From Setoptus koraiensis (Eukaryota; Animalia; Arthropoda): DNA of 64,000 nucleotides. Made by a program: the position numbers and the translations under genes. The notes under the pieces were generated by a model. That model did not search any database. It was not told where the DNA came from and saw only the letters and a list, made by a program, of their open reading frames with translations. The stretch spans positions 10,664,001-10,728,000 of the forward strand of contig CM106585.1 in the NCBI GenBank assembly GCA_048013815.1, read 5' to 3'. This document shows, piece by piece, positions 32,093 through 47,514 of the stretch; position 1 is the stretch's first letter; each line of letters begins with the position of its first letter.

Positions 32093-34836
32093 ATGGAAGA
32101 TACAAAAGTTTTGTTAGATGAGGATACTCACAATGTGAGACATTCGAGTTGGCTGTTTTTCGATCAACAATTCTCAAATGCCTCCCACAAGCGATCCAAA
32201 TTGAGACTTATCATGTCGAAATTGCTCGCGGGAGCAACTGAACCCACAAGATTGTTGTCACGTTCACCATCGAGCGTCTTTCAATATCCAGAAAAACACA
32301 ATACGAAAAAAGTATTCCGGATCTTTCTATTGACATGGACCTTCATAACGTTGATTTTTGTTGCTTTATATTTTATATCGCGAGCAACATACGACCAGTC
32401 TCGCCTAAAGGAAAAAATTCCACATACTCTCAATGATGATAATGGTGATTACACTGATACGCCCATGCAGTACAACAAGGCCATCAGATGGATCGTGTCC
32501 TCAAAAAAGTGTCACATACCCAACATAGGTGAGCTATAGTTTTTATTGTTAAAGATTATATTAAATTATCGGACTGAATCACTGATGACCTCCAATAACC
32601 ACCAAACCATGTTACCCGTCCAGATCCCTGGCACCAAAACGTCAAGGAGTATGCCGAAGTCCTTAACCCAATCAATTGTAGAGTGTTTGATGATGACAAA
32701 GCCTTAACGTTTGTCTTAGACAACAAGTTGTATTTTTCAAACGATGACTCCAAGGACTATTCAGATTGCTGCTATAGGCGGCTGTTACGAGACAATGATG
32801 ACAGAAATCTAAGGTAACTACTCATCCGTTGCGCGTAGTTTAACGATACTGTTCACGTTTGATGAATTTACTCTTATATAATTGACATGGATATTGTTTG
32901 TATTACGTTTACATATCACAGGTCGGGCGAACCTTGTACACCCATTCCCTTCAATGGCACGGCGATTGAATATGAGCACGTAACTGTTACGTGCAGTCAA
33001 ATCAATTATACCAGTGTGCACTCGTTTGTTCAGGCAGAATCGACTTGGGAGGGCAAATTGATAGATTCAACAGAGAAAAATATCCAACGTGACGCCTACT
33101 ACAATGTTCTATTTGTTGGCATCGACACAATGTAAGTCTTGTCTGTGTGCCCAACAATTCTGACTAATCAATCGTTTGTCAAAAATAATCATGACACCAA
33201 TATTAAAAATAACTGTCTGTATAGGTCGAGATTGAACATGTACAGACAAATGAAGAAGACACTACATGTATTGAAGACACAGTATGATATGCTGGAATTT
33301 CTAGGCTACAGCAAAGTGGGTGAGAACACTTTTCCAAATCTAGTTCCGTTGCTAACAGGACAAAGTCCCGAACAATTGGCTAAAGGATGCTGGAATACTA
33401 CCTACGAAAACGAGTCGGGAGATGATGTACTTGACAATTGTGATTTCCTCTGGAACACCTTCGGTCGGTACGGTTACAGAACTTTGTATCACGAAGATTG
33501 GCCAGAAGCTTCAACTTTTAATTATCTTAAACCTGGTTTTAAAGCACAACCAACACTATTTTATGGTAGACCATGGCAGCTACAAGCGAAAAAACTTGGT
33601 ATATTTCATTCGACAAATCGAAAATCCAATTGTCATGATTGCGTCCACGATCAGGTTGCAGTGGAAGTCTACCTGAATCATTTCAAAGATTTCATTCGCA
33701 TGTACAAGGATGTACCCCATTTTGCATTCCATTGGACCAATTGCCCACCACATGATGATCTCAATGGAGCCTCCAAAGTAGACGAGTATTATGCAAATTT
33801 TTTTCGTCAAATCAAGTACTTGATAGATGAGCGTACTTTCGTCATATTTTTTAGTGATCACGGTTACAGATGGGGCCCATTCTTGGACACTTATATGGGT
33901 CACCAAGAGGCCAGTATGCCATTTTTATCTATGTCTGTACCGAAACTCTTCGAAAAGCAGGTAAATATCAGCGCTCATTTATAAGTTGTGTCTATGCTTA
34001 GATATCATTTTCTCCATTTCTGAACCTAATCGACAAGAAATATCATCTCTCTCATCTGATAGCATGCGGATTTGCTCAGAAATTTGAAACAAGCAAGGAA
34101 TACACTCATCACACCCTATGATCTCTATCAAACAGTTTTAGATATGCTATCTCTCGGCCTCAAAGGGAATGCAACAGACCCTGACAATCCCTTCCATTAC
34201 GATCAAGGTTTAAAAAACAATTTGGTTACACTAGCAAACAAAAATTCCACTTCATTTTCAATACTTAGATCACCGCAGAGTTACTCATCGATCAAAGAAA
34301 GGGATTGCGATGAGGCAGGCATACCAGATAATTATTGTGTTTGCAATGCATTTGTTGATGTGCCGGCAAATTCATCTATTGTGTATGCTAGTGCATTGTT
34401 CTTGGTGGATCACATCAACAAACAATTGGAACCAGAGGAGGAGCAGTGTGCTCATCTAACTTTAGAGTCAATATCAAGTGCCAAAGAGTATCGGGTTGTT
34501 ACAACCAATGAGAATATAAAAAAATCTGAACCTAAGGCTGAATATGAGGTCAAGATAAAAACTATTCCAGGCAATGCAGTCTTTCAAGAGGTTGTACGTG
34601 TCTATAGTGATGTCAAAAAATGTGAATCAGCCATAGAGGACACTAAAAGAGCAGATACCTATACCTGGAGTAAAGATAAATACAAAATGCAAAGATTGAG
34701 GAAAAAATGCAAGTTTAGCATACACAGTCAATCGATATCCCGTTTGAATCTTTATGGGAACCAGTCGGAATGCCTCACACATTCTAACGCTGAATTGAGA
34801 AAAATGTGCTATTGTAACAAGTTCCTAACAATTTAG
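32093..34836 (+). CDS. DUF229-family protein (alkaline phosphatase/sulfatase-like fold), type II membrane; exons 32093-32528, 32624-32813, 32922-33131, 33225-33960, 34063-34836
   Basis: TM segment VFRIFLLTWTFITLIFVALYFIS. Family motifs KCHIPNI|DPWH, NVLFVGIDTM|SRLN, GYSKVGENTFPNLVPLLTG, IFFSDHGYRWG and LITPYDLYQTVLDML. Four GT-AG introns are frame-consistent. Confidence 0.9.
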
Positions 34837-35079
34837 TACCACCGATACAAATAGTTATTAATGACATCACAGTTTATCTTTTGTTAGTAATGTGATACAA
34901 AATCTGTTTGTTTGTTTAACTTATGTAAATCAACTTATTGAACGTCCTATATATTCTATACAAACATTACGATAATAATCAGCTTTGTTTCTATTTACAC
35001 ACCGACGTTAAATTGTTTTACTGAGATTACGTGCTTGCTTTTATCATCTTAACTATTAACAGTGGAATCCAATTGGATA

Positions 35080-38000
35080 TTACTTAAGTCGTTGAGTCAA
35101 TGAGGCTAAAGCTACTCCCATTGCCTGGACTGCGTTAAATGGGTACTGAAAATCAAGAGTATACGCACGATTATCAATGCGTCCAAATTGCATAGCCTAA
35201 GGTTTCGAGGGATTGTTTGAATAGTAAAAAGAATGACGAGAGGTTAGAGAAGAACCTAAGACAGTGAGCCGCTCCAATTCCAGTTATGCTAAGTTGTACT
35301 TACCAATTGACCTTGGTATTCGATTTGAAAATTTTTTGCTGATTCCTGAGTGACACGTCCACCAAAATCTAATTGATAAACTTGACTGAAGGCATTCCAC
35401 ACAGGTGGTTTATTTAGCAGTATGTGCTCATTCAGATACTTATCGATTTTCGGACCTTGTGACTCATCATGTACACACTTGGCTGATTGCGCTGCCTTTT
35501 TATTTATAGACTCTGATGAGTTAATTTTAGAGGTAGCATTCAAATTTTGTAAATTTTCTTTCGAGCGTAGATTAGGTCGTCGGACGCAATTAATTTCTCC
35601 GCTGCTTGTGCAATCAAAATAGGTGAACCTGTTGAACGTGGATATTAAGAGTTAGAAAACTTTCTATAAATATCTTTAAATAAATACATATTGCATCTAG
35701 TCACTGTATATTGATATTACCTTCGTTGTATAGCTTTGGTGACTAGCTTTGTTGTGGATTGGCAACGACGAGGACGCGCTGTATCCCAATCCAAGTTGTT
35801 TTCTTTGTCTTCAGAATTGAAATTGTGTCCTAAAGATCCATCAACCATGTTATTTATACCATCTTTCGAGTAAGATCCCGATAAATCTTGTAGTCTTTCT
35901 TCAAGACCTGCATTCTCATAACAGCCTCGCATTGAGCGTTTCTTCTTGAGTGGAGTGCAAGGTTGACTCTGCGTCATCAGGTGCCCAGAATCTTCTTTTC
36001 CTCTATATTTTTCATTGGTATCTCGAAGCAATGGCTGATGAAGATCATAATCTGCACATGATCCAAATGAAGATCCGATATTGAGGCTCATGGCTGATTT
36101 TTTGAATTGTTCGCGAAGTTTTTTCGTGAATTTCCTCTTGGGGGGTTGAGGTGGGGTTGATCGCATAGAGCAGTCGTCGACTTGATCCGACCAAACGTGA
36201 CAAGGTTCCTCTGTTGTCATAGAAGTGAGCGGTGAACCTTCTTTTGCCTTGATTGCATGAACTTTTGGCTGAACGTCTTCACCAATTGATCTTTTTGGAG
36301 AGTTGTATTGGCTTGTATTCTTATCTTTAGAAACATTCGCACAAGTACGTCTTCTTGGTCTATGCACTGGTGTTTGTGGCACAGGGGGTAATATTGTGCT
36401 ATCTTCCCTGGGAGAATCTAAATGATTCAGCACGACAGTACTGCTATCTTCCTCCGGTTTTATTGAAGTATCTACCAGCAAATCATCATCTTTTGCTGCT
36501 TTAGAAGATAGATCAACAATCATCTTGGTAATGGCACTTATAGACAACAAGTGACCACTTGTTTCCGTAGGAGTCCCTGTTGAATTAAACGATGCTACGT
36601 TATTGGTAGATCCTTTGTAACTTGCCGATGGGATTTGGTCCAAATCATCCCGTTTACTACAAGTAGGATATAGCTCATTGTTTGAGGAGCATCTAGACGA
36701 CATCTTCATAGATATTGATGTTGTCGACCTCTCTTTCTCATCCTTGTCATTTTCACCCACAGATTTTTTGTCCATATAGAGAGTGAGAATGTCATCGTCG
36801 TCATCTACGAAATTATAGCAGCCTGATTGTCTGTCGAATTTTGATTTGTAGTCGTTGATTTGATGGTTGTCTAATGCAAGCTTCTTTGATGGGGATTCTG
36901 CACAGGTCGAATCTAGATTTTGTTGCTGGGTAATTCCAGGCGAGGGCCTTTTCTTGCTCGACTTAACTCGATTATCCACCACTTTCATATGGTCTATTGT
37001 GGAGGATAGTTTAGACGATGTCGCTCGAGATCGATTATCGTAACTATAGATATTCTCGCAGGATATTGCCGAAGACGGCAAATGTTTATCTCGTCGGTGA
37101 GTTCGTCGTCTATGTCTAACAGAGGAAAGTGTGAGGCTATTTGTGTCCCCGACAAAGATTTGTTGATCTGAATCATTATTTACAGGTCTATGAGTGCAGC
37201 TCATCGGAGCGATACGGAGGTTATCTCCTACTTCCAAAAATACAGTACTTGATGACTGATAACCGACACTAGTTGAGGCTGAATCATCTACATCGCAGGA
37301 AAAATCTTTATCATGATCATAATGATTACTTGATGATGCTTTCTCCAATTGACTACTGTCATCTATGTACTTCTTTTCGTGGGCATCGGTCAAGCCAAAA
37401 CAGTTACTGCAAACGGTTTCTAGATCCTTAATGGTTATACAAACCTGTCTAGGCTGAAGGTGCAATAGACTTGTCTTGTAGACCATTGTGGCAATATTTT
37501 CTGGCAACGGATCGCATCCAATAATTTTGAATTTAGTGCCCCAGAAATTGGACTTAACTCTGGCCAATATTCTCTGTTCAGGCAGGTTATCGTAGGCGTG
37601 ATAATGATGTAGATATTGTAGATGTCGTTTAAACGCGTGACGTAATTCATGTGCAGAAGGTGTTTCATCAGCAATGGCAGCCCATTGGGGTGTGGCGTTA
37701 TCACAATCAAGTAAATCATATGCATAATTGTCGCGAGCCATCTGTGTATCGAGGGATAAATCTAGGTAACAAGAGAGAGTATCGCGCTGATTGCCATTCA
37801 TAAATCTAACCAATGATTGAGATTGACTACTGTAGTCGTCTCTGTTTGGCTCAGCTGAGTTTAAATCAGGCAGGACTTCATGTGACAAATTATCACCAGA
37901 ATAGGCCTCCTGTAATGATGGTGTTGCAGATTTGGATCTCAATCGCGATTTAAGATTGTTGAATCTTGTCTTGGTGCAACCATCTCTCAATTGCTGTTGT

Positions 38001-40852
38001 TTATTGTGGCTAGATTGTTTTGCCGATTGTTTCGCGGTTTGTTTCGCAGATGGTCTAGTTGCACTCTGATAAACATTTCGATCTTTCGGCGACTTAACTA
38101 TGGCTTGAGTGTTGAGTGGCTTTTGTGTTTGTGGATCGAAAATGATGAATTCGGGCTTCAAGTGGCCTGTGAGTTTTGCCTTCAGTATAGGTATCAAAGA
38201 ACCCAAATACTCTAAGTAGAGAATGTAATTTGATTCACTCCCATTGATTTGTACCGATGATGATGTTGAGGCAGATGTTGAGATTGTCTCTTGCGTGGTA
38301 GTGTATTGACTCTCGTAACAAATGAGAGTACAGAAGAAACGCTTATTTGGGGTCGGAACCTTCCAAATAAAATCACGCGCATTCTTGGACGTTGGAATCT
38401 GACACCTAAGTGTTCTCGCAAACATGTTATCTATGGTTTGCAATAGTTTCGTCGGTAGTGGTAAACGAAATACTTGTTCACAGTTTTGTTGAAGTCTACT
38501 TTTCGTATCACTTGGTCTAGAATATTCTACAACCCGATGGGAATCAAGATTGCTGTTATCTAATTGAGATGAATGTTTGCCATCTTTGTAACATTGGCAC
38601 AATAGTTTGGGATTCTTAGAGTTGTGTCGAATCACTTCTTCTTTGTTGTCAGCTGTCATTCGCACATTGATCATTCGTTTTATTGTTGTTTTGGCCAAAA
38701 TCTGAAGAGAAGGCACGTTAGTGTAGACATGAGCAGTATGCAGAACTGGTCCAGTTGCCACAAATAAGCGCCGATCCTTGTGTCCCCAGGTGAGAGCACT
38801 TACTGGGTGAGCGCAATACTTGATAAATTGAGAGTAGCGCAAGTTGCCTTGTGGTGTATAGAAGTGTACAACATTTAGATAGTAATTATTGGGTCGCATC
38901 ATAGGATGAACACGCTTTTCACTTTCTGATTCTAGAGCTAGACTCTCTGCTATTTCTTTGAGATTCCGTCCTGAACAACGACGTTCAATCAAAGAGATAG
39001 CTAAAGACAGAGAGGACACTGTGTAGAAACCTGCTACAGCTAAAAGACTACCATCGTGACTCCATTGCATATGTAAACTCTTCAGATTGGTGGTGATGGT
39101 ACGTGGATCTGGGTCTTCTAGACCGCCAGAATAGAGTTGTATGGTGCCATCGCAAAAATCGACAGCCAGAACATTTTTTCCACTGGCAGAATCTGTTGTT
39201 ATGTGACAAGATTCATTTGGCTGTGGTCTCAGAGACTCTGTAGAATGGCCACCTTCTTCTTCATTAGATGTGGATTGCCTAGGTGTGTCGTTGTCGATTG
39301 AAGATGAGTTTGTATTAGGTTGGCACAAACGTTGATTACTATTATACATTGCAGCAGTTGATTGTTGTCGCCACCTAATGGCTGTATTGATACGATTCAG
39401 CCGATAGTAATTGGTATTGATGGAAGAGTTGGCACTTGCGGAGCTTATGGCAGCTCCAGAATTGTTGCTAAGATTGAAACGACCGTTAGATCTAAGAGAT
39501 TCAGTCAAATTGGATCGCGGCTGATTAGCCCACAAAGGTGGTGACTGTGGATATCGAAATTGGTTGCTATTATTGTTGTCCTGTTGCTCCCCATACACTC
39601 CATACGGTGCGCTATTATCAAATGGAAATAATCTCTCAGATGGTAATCGATTAGATGAACCAGCAGGTGGGAACTCGGAGTTATCATTTTTCTGGGATGA
39701 ATTTCGTTGAGCTGACTGGTAGCCCATGGACCAGCACATCGATCTTATTGGAAAGCGTTCCCTTATTGTCAATTCTGTAAGTTCGGAATTCTGAAGATAA
39801 ATCACTAATATACTACCATTGGAAACGCCAAATATAAGTTGCTCATCATCGGGTGACCAAACTCCACATGTTATGTGATAATCGTCTAAATTAAGCATGG
39901 AATGCCAATAACGTTGACCATAACCAGATCCCACAAGAACGAACGAATCTACATAACAAATCAATGCGGTTTCGCCATCGTTACTCCAATCGAAATCCAC
40001 AACTGTTTTGTTTCTATTATTGAGCGGCGACTCTATTTGAAATCTCCCATTTCGCTTTGACCAAATGAATATGCAGCCCTTACTATCTACTGTGGCTAAA
40101 CGCTGATAAGGTTCATTCCACTTGACAATTAAAATCTCCGAACCGTGGCCTCTAAGGTGGTGATTTGTTTTGAAAGCTTCGTCATCTGGATTGTTATGGT
40201 GATTGAGTACAGGTTGTGCCTTTTTTTCAGATCTTTTCGACTTAATCCTCGTGTTTCTTGTAGCTCTCCTAGGCTTCACTTTTCTATCAGCATTTCGCTC
40301 CTGACTATTAGCATCATTGGTCATCACAGACTTTTCTTCATCATTCGGCGATCGTTCTTCGTCTTGAAGTTCTTCATCATGATCACTCTCAAGAGTTGAT
40401 TCTTCTTCAGGCGAGCTACACTTGGTTAGAGATACACCAACTACTCCATTAATATTGCCCACAGCAAGCCAGCCGTGATTGTCTGATCTACCCTGATCGG
40501 TAAACTTCTTTCTATATTCTGATGGATCATTCGTTAAAATATTGCCTAAATTTTGATGGTGATGAAGCTGCTGATTGTCGTTTGGTGTTACACCATTGAT
40601 ATTTAAATTTATTGTATCCACTATGGGTGGCGATTGTTGTGGCTGTTGTTGAGCACTGATGTCAAATTCAACTGACTGGGGATTAATTAACTGTTGTTGC
40701 TGCTGATGGACATGTTGATGATCTTGAGTGATTTGTCCTCTAAGATATTGCCTAAATAGATCATCGTCATAGAAAGGGGTCCAGGCCAGAGTCAATATTG
40801 TACAATTGGAATATGAATTTTCATGAGGATTCTCCTCGAATATGAGATGCAT
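35080..40852 (-). CDS. TULP4: Tubby-related protein 4 (WD40 + SOCS box + Tubby C-terminus); exons 40852-35721, 35628-35304, 35196-35080
   Basis: Motifs [41 protein letters not shown] and SOCS-like VPSLQILAK...LPLPTKL. The C-terminus [34 protein letters not shown]..|[38 protein letters not shown] was recovered by manual splicing. Confidence 0.95.
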
Positions 40853-41898
40853 CTTGCTTTAAACAAGGTTCAATAGAACTTTGTTGTTAGAATTGCTCAT
40901 TGGTTGTTGACTAGGCGAGATTGCTATCACTTGGTGTTGTATCTTGATATAATAATTGACTAGAAGTATTGTGATGATTTTTGTTGTCTTAGTTTAAATT
41001 GATTGAAGAAATACATGAATGTCTTCGTGTTCAAATGAGCGGAAATTTGACTAGAGAGAGAGAGAGTGTGGGACTTTCTTTTAGCAGCCCGCCACAGATC
41101 TACATGTTTATTGATTATTGTTGAGATGGCTATATTAGTTGAAGATAGAAAGCGAGTAGTTGTAGGAAATGAATTGAAGAAGTAAAGCGGTTAATCATAT
41201 AATGTATAATATATATAAAGATAGGATTGCATCACTAGCAGGACTGCGTTGCTTTTATGGTGCTCACTCGGCTGTCTCATTCATTTGAGTTGGATGATAT
41301 AAGTATCATATTAGTATTCAGAAGAAGAAGAAGAATTTAGCGAGAGAAAGCGCTTTTCGCTTCCCCATTTAATATCGAACTGTTGAATAACAGGCTTTGG
41401 GGCAAGCGATTGCGAATAGATTGTATCAAACTGGACGATATAATGGTGCCGCCTGTCAAATTTGGTGGTTATGTTATGGCTGCAATAATGGTCAGTGTCA
41501 ATTAATATGTGAGCGGCAAATGTTGTCGTTGAGTTGTTATTCAAGCCTGTTTAATGATGGCTAGCTAGTTGTTTGCTGGCGGTCACACATTCAACTGGCG
41601 ACAACGGCATCACAAGCGGCAACAAAGTGGCATCAGCTATTTTCCTATTTCACACACAGCTAACCAATTGAAGCAGTTATAGCCAGTTGTTGGTGGACAG
41701 TTGTTGCTTTTGCTTCCTTGTAATTCTTAATACCTAATACCTGATACTTATACTCCATGTTACATTTGAGTTAGTGAAAGGCTTGCACCTCGGTTGCACA
41801 CCGCATGCAGTTGTTTGGTTTTCTAACCTAATACACATATATTAGATGCCAACAGTTGGCGGTCAATCATGGGCTCGTTGTGTCCACAAACAATAATA

Positions 41899-41900
<2 letters not shown>

Positions 41901-41957
<57 letters not shown>
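41901..41957. repeat. (AC)n microsatellite
   Basis: About 28 perfect AC units. Confidence 0.97.
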
Positions 41958-41959
<2 letters not shown>

Positions 41960-42013
41960 ATACAAGAAAGCTGACTAACACTGAGCGACCATTGTGAGAA
42001 TTGTATTCAAGAT

Positions 42014-42023
42014 ACTCACCTTG
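42014..42023 (-). promoter_or_regulatory. Candidate splice donor of a non-coding 5' exon of TULP4
   Basis: Minus strand reads CAAG|GTGAGT, a full consensus match, about 1.2 kb upstream of the TULP4 ATG. No transcript evidence. Confidence 0.3.
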
Positions 42024-43240
42024 CCACTGGTCACTGATCAAGTCCCGAATGATTCATCTTCTCCCAAATTGAGTTTAAGTTGTTGATTTGTTGTCTGCTT
42101 TGTTGTGGGACAAGTGAGTGCTCTCGTTTGTTTGTTTGCTTTGCTTGGCGCTGGCCAGTGGTTGTCCCGTTGTAAATGGCTTATCGTTTTAAGTTTATGC
42201 CCGCCGTCTAATATAATTCGATTGTGTGATATTATACTCAAGTGGGTGGCTCATTCTTCTGTTCCTTGATTATAATCTCGTCTGGTGATGCTGCTGTTGT
42301 TGTTGTGCAATTCGGGCAAACGGAAACCAAACTAATTTTGATTGTATCAATAATAAAGTCAATTGATGCTGCTGCCGACAAGATGCTCGGTTTGTTTTTA
42401 CTCCTTTCCTCGGCAGTTGGCGCTTCGTGAGAACAAATGTAACTGGAACTGGTTCCTTGCAACAGCGCTGGCGTGTCCCATTATTCACTCGTTTTGTTAC
42501 TCACAAGTCAGTTTAATGCGCTTCTCGCACCAACGACCGACCATCGCTCGCCAGTTCCAGAGATGAGATTGATATTGTTGTTGTGCTATTTTGCGCTGCT
42601 TGTGCTGTTGTAGATCAAGTGTAAATTAAGTGACGCAATTAACTAAATAATAACCAAGCTAACAATGATTTTTTTAATTGCAAATTGAAATAATTGCTCT
42701 CGTTGCAAAGCCAGCGGGGAGGATAGAATTTTTTGTTGTTTCATATTACGCATATTCCTTCGCTGAGGCGCACAACAGTTCGGCGCACTATATAGTGAAA
42801 AGGGCCACGCAAACATTAGAGAAGTGCGTTTGTTTGGGCGCTCACGAGCGCCCTTTTGTGTGTGCGTGTGTGTGTGTGTGTGTGCGTGGTAAGCGAATAG
42901 TCAAAAACCACTGTGTCATCATAACCAATGGGCCAACATGGCACGTTTGCGCCAAACACAACGCACGCCATAGTTTTTGGAAACGCGGTGTGTCGCGCGT
43001 ATCTCGTGTGTATTGCATGTATTACATGAAGCGATCGCTTGTGTGGTATAGCTAGTGGTGTGTGACTGCACCATCATCCCGCCTTTGGTCACTGCCTTGG
43101 TCGTCGCTCCACTGCTTTATGTTGCTGCTCGATATAGCACAACATGCGATGCGCACAACTATTCGATAATGTTTTCAGCCATTACACCACGAGCATCACG
43201 GCTGCCGCTGGCTGATGGCTCCACACTGCATATGCATCGC

Positions 43241-43245
43241 TGTGT

Positions 43246-43280
<35 letters not shown>
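43241..43280. repeat. (TG)n microsatellite
   Basis: About 20 TG units with one interruption. Confidence 0.95.
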
Positions 43281-43282
<2 letters not shown>

Positions 43283-45512
43283 GAGCTCGCATTTACATCA
43301 CATTTGAATGGGACACCCAATGGATGATGGCACGAGCAGAATAGCGCACCAACTCGCATTGGGTGACTCATCCAATAGTTGCACTTGGCACGGGGGAAAG
43401 GCACGCAGCGTGGGGGCAGCCGCCTCTAGACGCACACTGCATTTGAACTGCAGTCTGCGGGCACTTACTTGTGTGTCCTCTGGGCACGAGCACGAGCGAA
43501 TGAGGGACGGGGCACGGACGCACACGCTCGTAATGCTAGCCTCTGATCGAACAAACTCCTCGGCCTGAATGCGCATACACAATATTCACTGTGAACATTT
43601 GCGCACACTATACAGTGTATAGTATACACAAGCCAGCAGGGAGGCCCAGCAGTTTCTTTGCGGAATGCCCCACCAACCAGACACACCCACACAAGATTAA
43701 TCTCTTGTGTAATCATAATAATAATAATATTAATAATGATGATGGTAATGAGGGATGGAAGGAAAGAGTCAGACTTGCACCATGGCCAACCAATATCCGT
43801 TATGTGCTATATTCTTTTTACATTGCATGGATAAATTGAATTTTGTTTGCTGGGGCATAGATGGCGCTTCCTGTGACTGACCGTAAGTCTTCACTTACGT
43901 GACGCAAGTTACGTCGCAACCGATAGCAAATATTAGTTCGGCATCGCGACGCTTGGAGGCACAAGGTGACAGCAATGGGGCCGCCCGTAAAAACTATTGG
44001 GGTTTGGGTAGCCGCAACACACTGTGTGTGGTAGTACAGTGCGATCTACTAAAAAAGAATCGGAAAATTATAATTTCTGGTCACATAAAGACCAGAGGAT
44101 CAGAGGCATGAGATCCTTTTGAAGGACGTCTCTGGTCCCATTGTGTTCTCACCGGGGGACTCAATAGTGGGGTTGCAAAGGTTTCATCATCTGTGAGATA
44201 TACGGGATTGAAGAGATGCCGAGATTGTGGGCACGCGATGAGTCTACTTATGAAGCTTTCAATTTTGACGCAGTTCAGCTCACGACAGAAGTTGCTCAGT
44301 CTGCTCTCTCGAGATTGTGATTCCAACCACTTTTAGATCTCAATAGCAATTCTATCTACTAATGTGCTAGCTGGCGAGAGCCGGCTACTGCCGGGAAAAG
44401 GGCCAAGGCCCTGAGTGACGCAATTGGTCCATGTACATTCACACCTATGCTAGACATACGCTAGCAGCCATTTATGTCATTGGGGGAGTCAGGGTCAGAT
44501 ATGTCAATAAATAGTCAGGGTCAATAAACGTCAGGGACGAAACACAAATGACTTGAGCTCACACATTCGTGTCCCGAATGTGCTGCATGTGTCAAATATG
44601 GTGGTACGTGGCAAAAAATGGCTTTTATTGAGACCGAAAAGATTCATTGCGGACGTATCTTATCTGAGCACGATCAGCACCCAAGATAAAAGCTGTTTTT
44701 CGCCGTTTTTCGCCATTGCTGTTATGTTTCCAAATGACTCAATTTAATCGCAACATTCAACATTGGATACAAAATGGAATGAGCATTAGATTTCTAACAT
44801 TTTTGTCGCACTGTTTCTACCCATTCGAAAGCTGAGTGTACCACATGGCGACAATCAGACGAATTGTCCTTATCTATCCACCGTCGATGAGTTGGGTTTT
44901 AACCTAAAACACTCAATCACAGACTTATTCAGTGTGTGTGTTGGCATTGTTATCTCGTTTTGTTGTCGCTGCCTGTTTGTCGCTGTGCTGCTTGTTCATT
45001 TCATGGGTGGCCCCACTGAGATATTAGGCGCTGATAATGTGCCCTGTTTGAAGTGGAATCTCGATGTTGAAGAGCCAGCTAGCTAAAGATTATTTATCTT
45101 AGAAAGTCACCAGATGTTGGCCACACGATATAAGTGATACAGCGCAGTAGTTTGCATGATCAGTAGTCGGCTGTTTATTGTTGTACAGACTGAGAGAGTG
45201 TGTGTTATTGACGATTTTCGTCAGTTCTTCCATCATGATTATGCCAGCGATTGCCGCCAGCACCACCAAAAGCTGCACCACTAACACCACCACTATCTCC
45301 ACCACTGACACCGCCAGTGACAGCTTAAATTTATTTTTTCCAATTAGCAATTACACGCAGTTGCAAATATCATCACCACCAATTGATAAGATCGTCGCGC
45401 TGGTTGCGGAGTAGCCTAGCGCGTCAGTGTGCACGAATGCTGGCAGCAAGGCGGCGGGGGTATGCCGGAGACATTGCGAAAGTAACACGGTCGTAATACT
45501 AGGCTCGTCACG

Positions 45513-45682
<170 letters not shown>

Positions 45683-45970
45683 GTGTCTCCGTCACAACAG
45701 ATGAGCGTCACTTGTCAGTGTTTATGTTTCGAAAAGAATAATAGAATGGTCCCCATTTCCCCCTGTCCTTATGCACGGTTGGAGAATACTTGAGCACCAT
45801 TACATGGTGTTTGCGATCAAGTGTCTCCATCAAGTGTGTCGTCTCGAAGGTATCCACTAGTGGTGGTAGTGTCGCGCAAATGCCAATCGCGGGATCGCCG
45901 ATGCAATCTATCGGAGCGATCTATTTATTTAATATTTAATATTTAGCATTCAGTATTCAGTATTTAATAT

Positions 45971-46002
<32 letters not shown>

Positions 46003-47514
46003 ACTGAGATTGTCTAGCGATAACCAAATCGCTCCGTGTGTTTTTGGTGCTAGCCTAGATATCGGCGTTTGCTCAACTAGCGAGCAGCGATAATTATCAT
46101 TTTAACATCTATGTGTGTCTATTGTGCTGGGTATGTTATTATTATATTATATACATGCATTATAAGGCTCACAATAACGCCGTGTGATTGCCATAATGAG
46201 GCAAAATAATAAAAATCACCCTCATCTAAGTTTGTGTCTTTGTTCATCATTTGTTGCCTATTTGTGGTTGCACTATTACTATGTATTGCTTGTTGCCAGC
46301 AGCGTACATTGCGCCAACAATGCCCCTATATCATCAATTAATTTTGTCGCCCACAATCATCTGACAATCTCTCAATCGTCGTATCTACTGCAAACTGTTC
46401 AACAGTGACATCACCACTACTAGTGGCAGTCGTTATCGCCAGCCAGCCAGCCAGCCAGTCGTTCAGTCAGCAAGCCAGCCAGCCAGCCAGCCAAAGAGAC
46501 AGACGGGCGAGCTTTGCGACTAGCCAACTAACCACTAGAGCATGAGTGGCAACAATCAATTCAGACGACAGTAGATGCGCCAAACCAGATATAAGCGAGT
46601 CGAGTGGCAACACACCAGCGCCGGCAACAGTCATTTGCATTCGCAGTCGGAGCGCCTCAGTCCAGCGAGTGAATCAATTGGCATTGATTGATTTATAAGC
46701 AGCAGCGTGATTGCGTAACGCCATTCATATATGCGTGCCATTGTTTTAGTTTACATGTTCGTGTGAGTGTCATATGTGAGTGAGCCAGCTAACCGCCCAG
46801 CAGCCACTTATTACCTAACCACAACAACAACAACAACAACAACAACAAGTGAAGCCTCCGTTAAGCAACAAGTTTCGCGTATTGCACAATATCGCACACA
46901 GTTGACAGGGCATTATTAGTGCGCCCCAATAGTCCAAAAGTTGATTCCGTCGCCCGCCATTGTGACCACTGTTGATCGGCAAGTGTCAATTGTCAATCAC
47001 ACAATGGCCCAATCAAGTTATTTAATCGCAGTGTTCACGATGAGTAAATCGAGCAAGGCTGGTCTACTATTCGGTTCAAAACAATGTATGTGCCGCGGTG
47101 CCTCATCCCATTTCAAGAGACAATCTAAAAAACGTTAATAATTAGCATCACACAGTATCATACAAACGCCCGCAGCGATTGATATTGTCACGACGTCGTG
47201 TTATTTAGCTTAGTTTAGTTTATTTCATAATAATCATAGCATCACTCATTAGCCTGTTAATCAATTCATTTAATGTTAATTAATTCATCCGTTAATTCAT
47301 TGCACATGCCCAATGTTTAGTTAGGTCATCTCAACGCTGCGTGCTGAAATGCTCAAGTGATTTATTTCAAGTGTCAACCTAAAACTCTAAAAATACCAAA
47401 CACGTCAAATCAGTGGCCACTTAACACTGTGTGCGTAATATTGTGATAATACAAGAGAGAAAATTGTTGCCGCTAATAGTCGCCGAAAACTGTCACTGTT
47501 GTCACTGATTGGCC

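Noticed and set aside
43883-43898. GTAAGT-cttc-ACTTAC: back-to-back splice-donor consensus on opposite strands
   Set aside because: A 6-bp inverted repeat is expected by chance in 64 kb, and no exon support is available.
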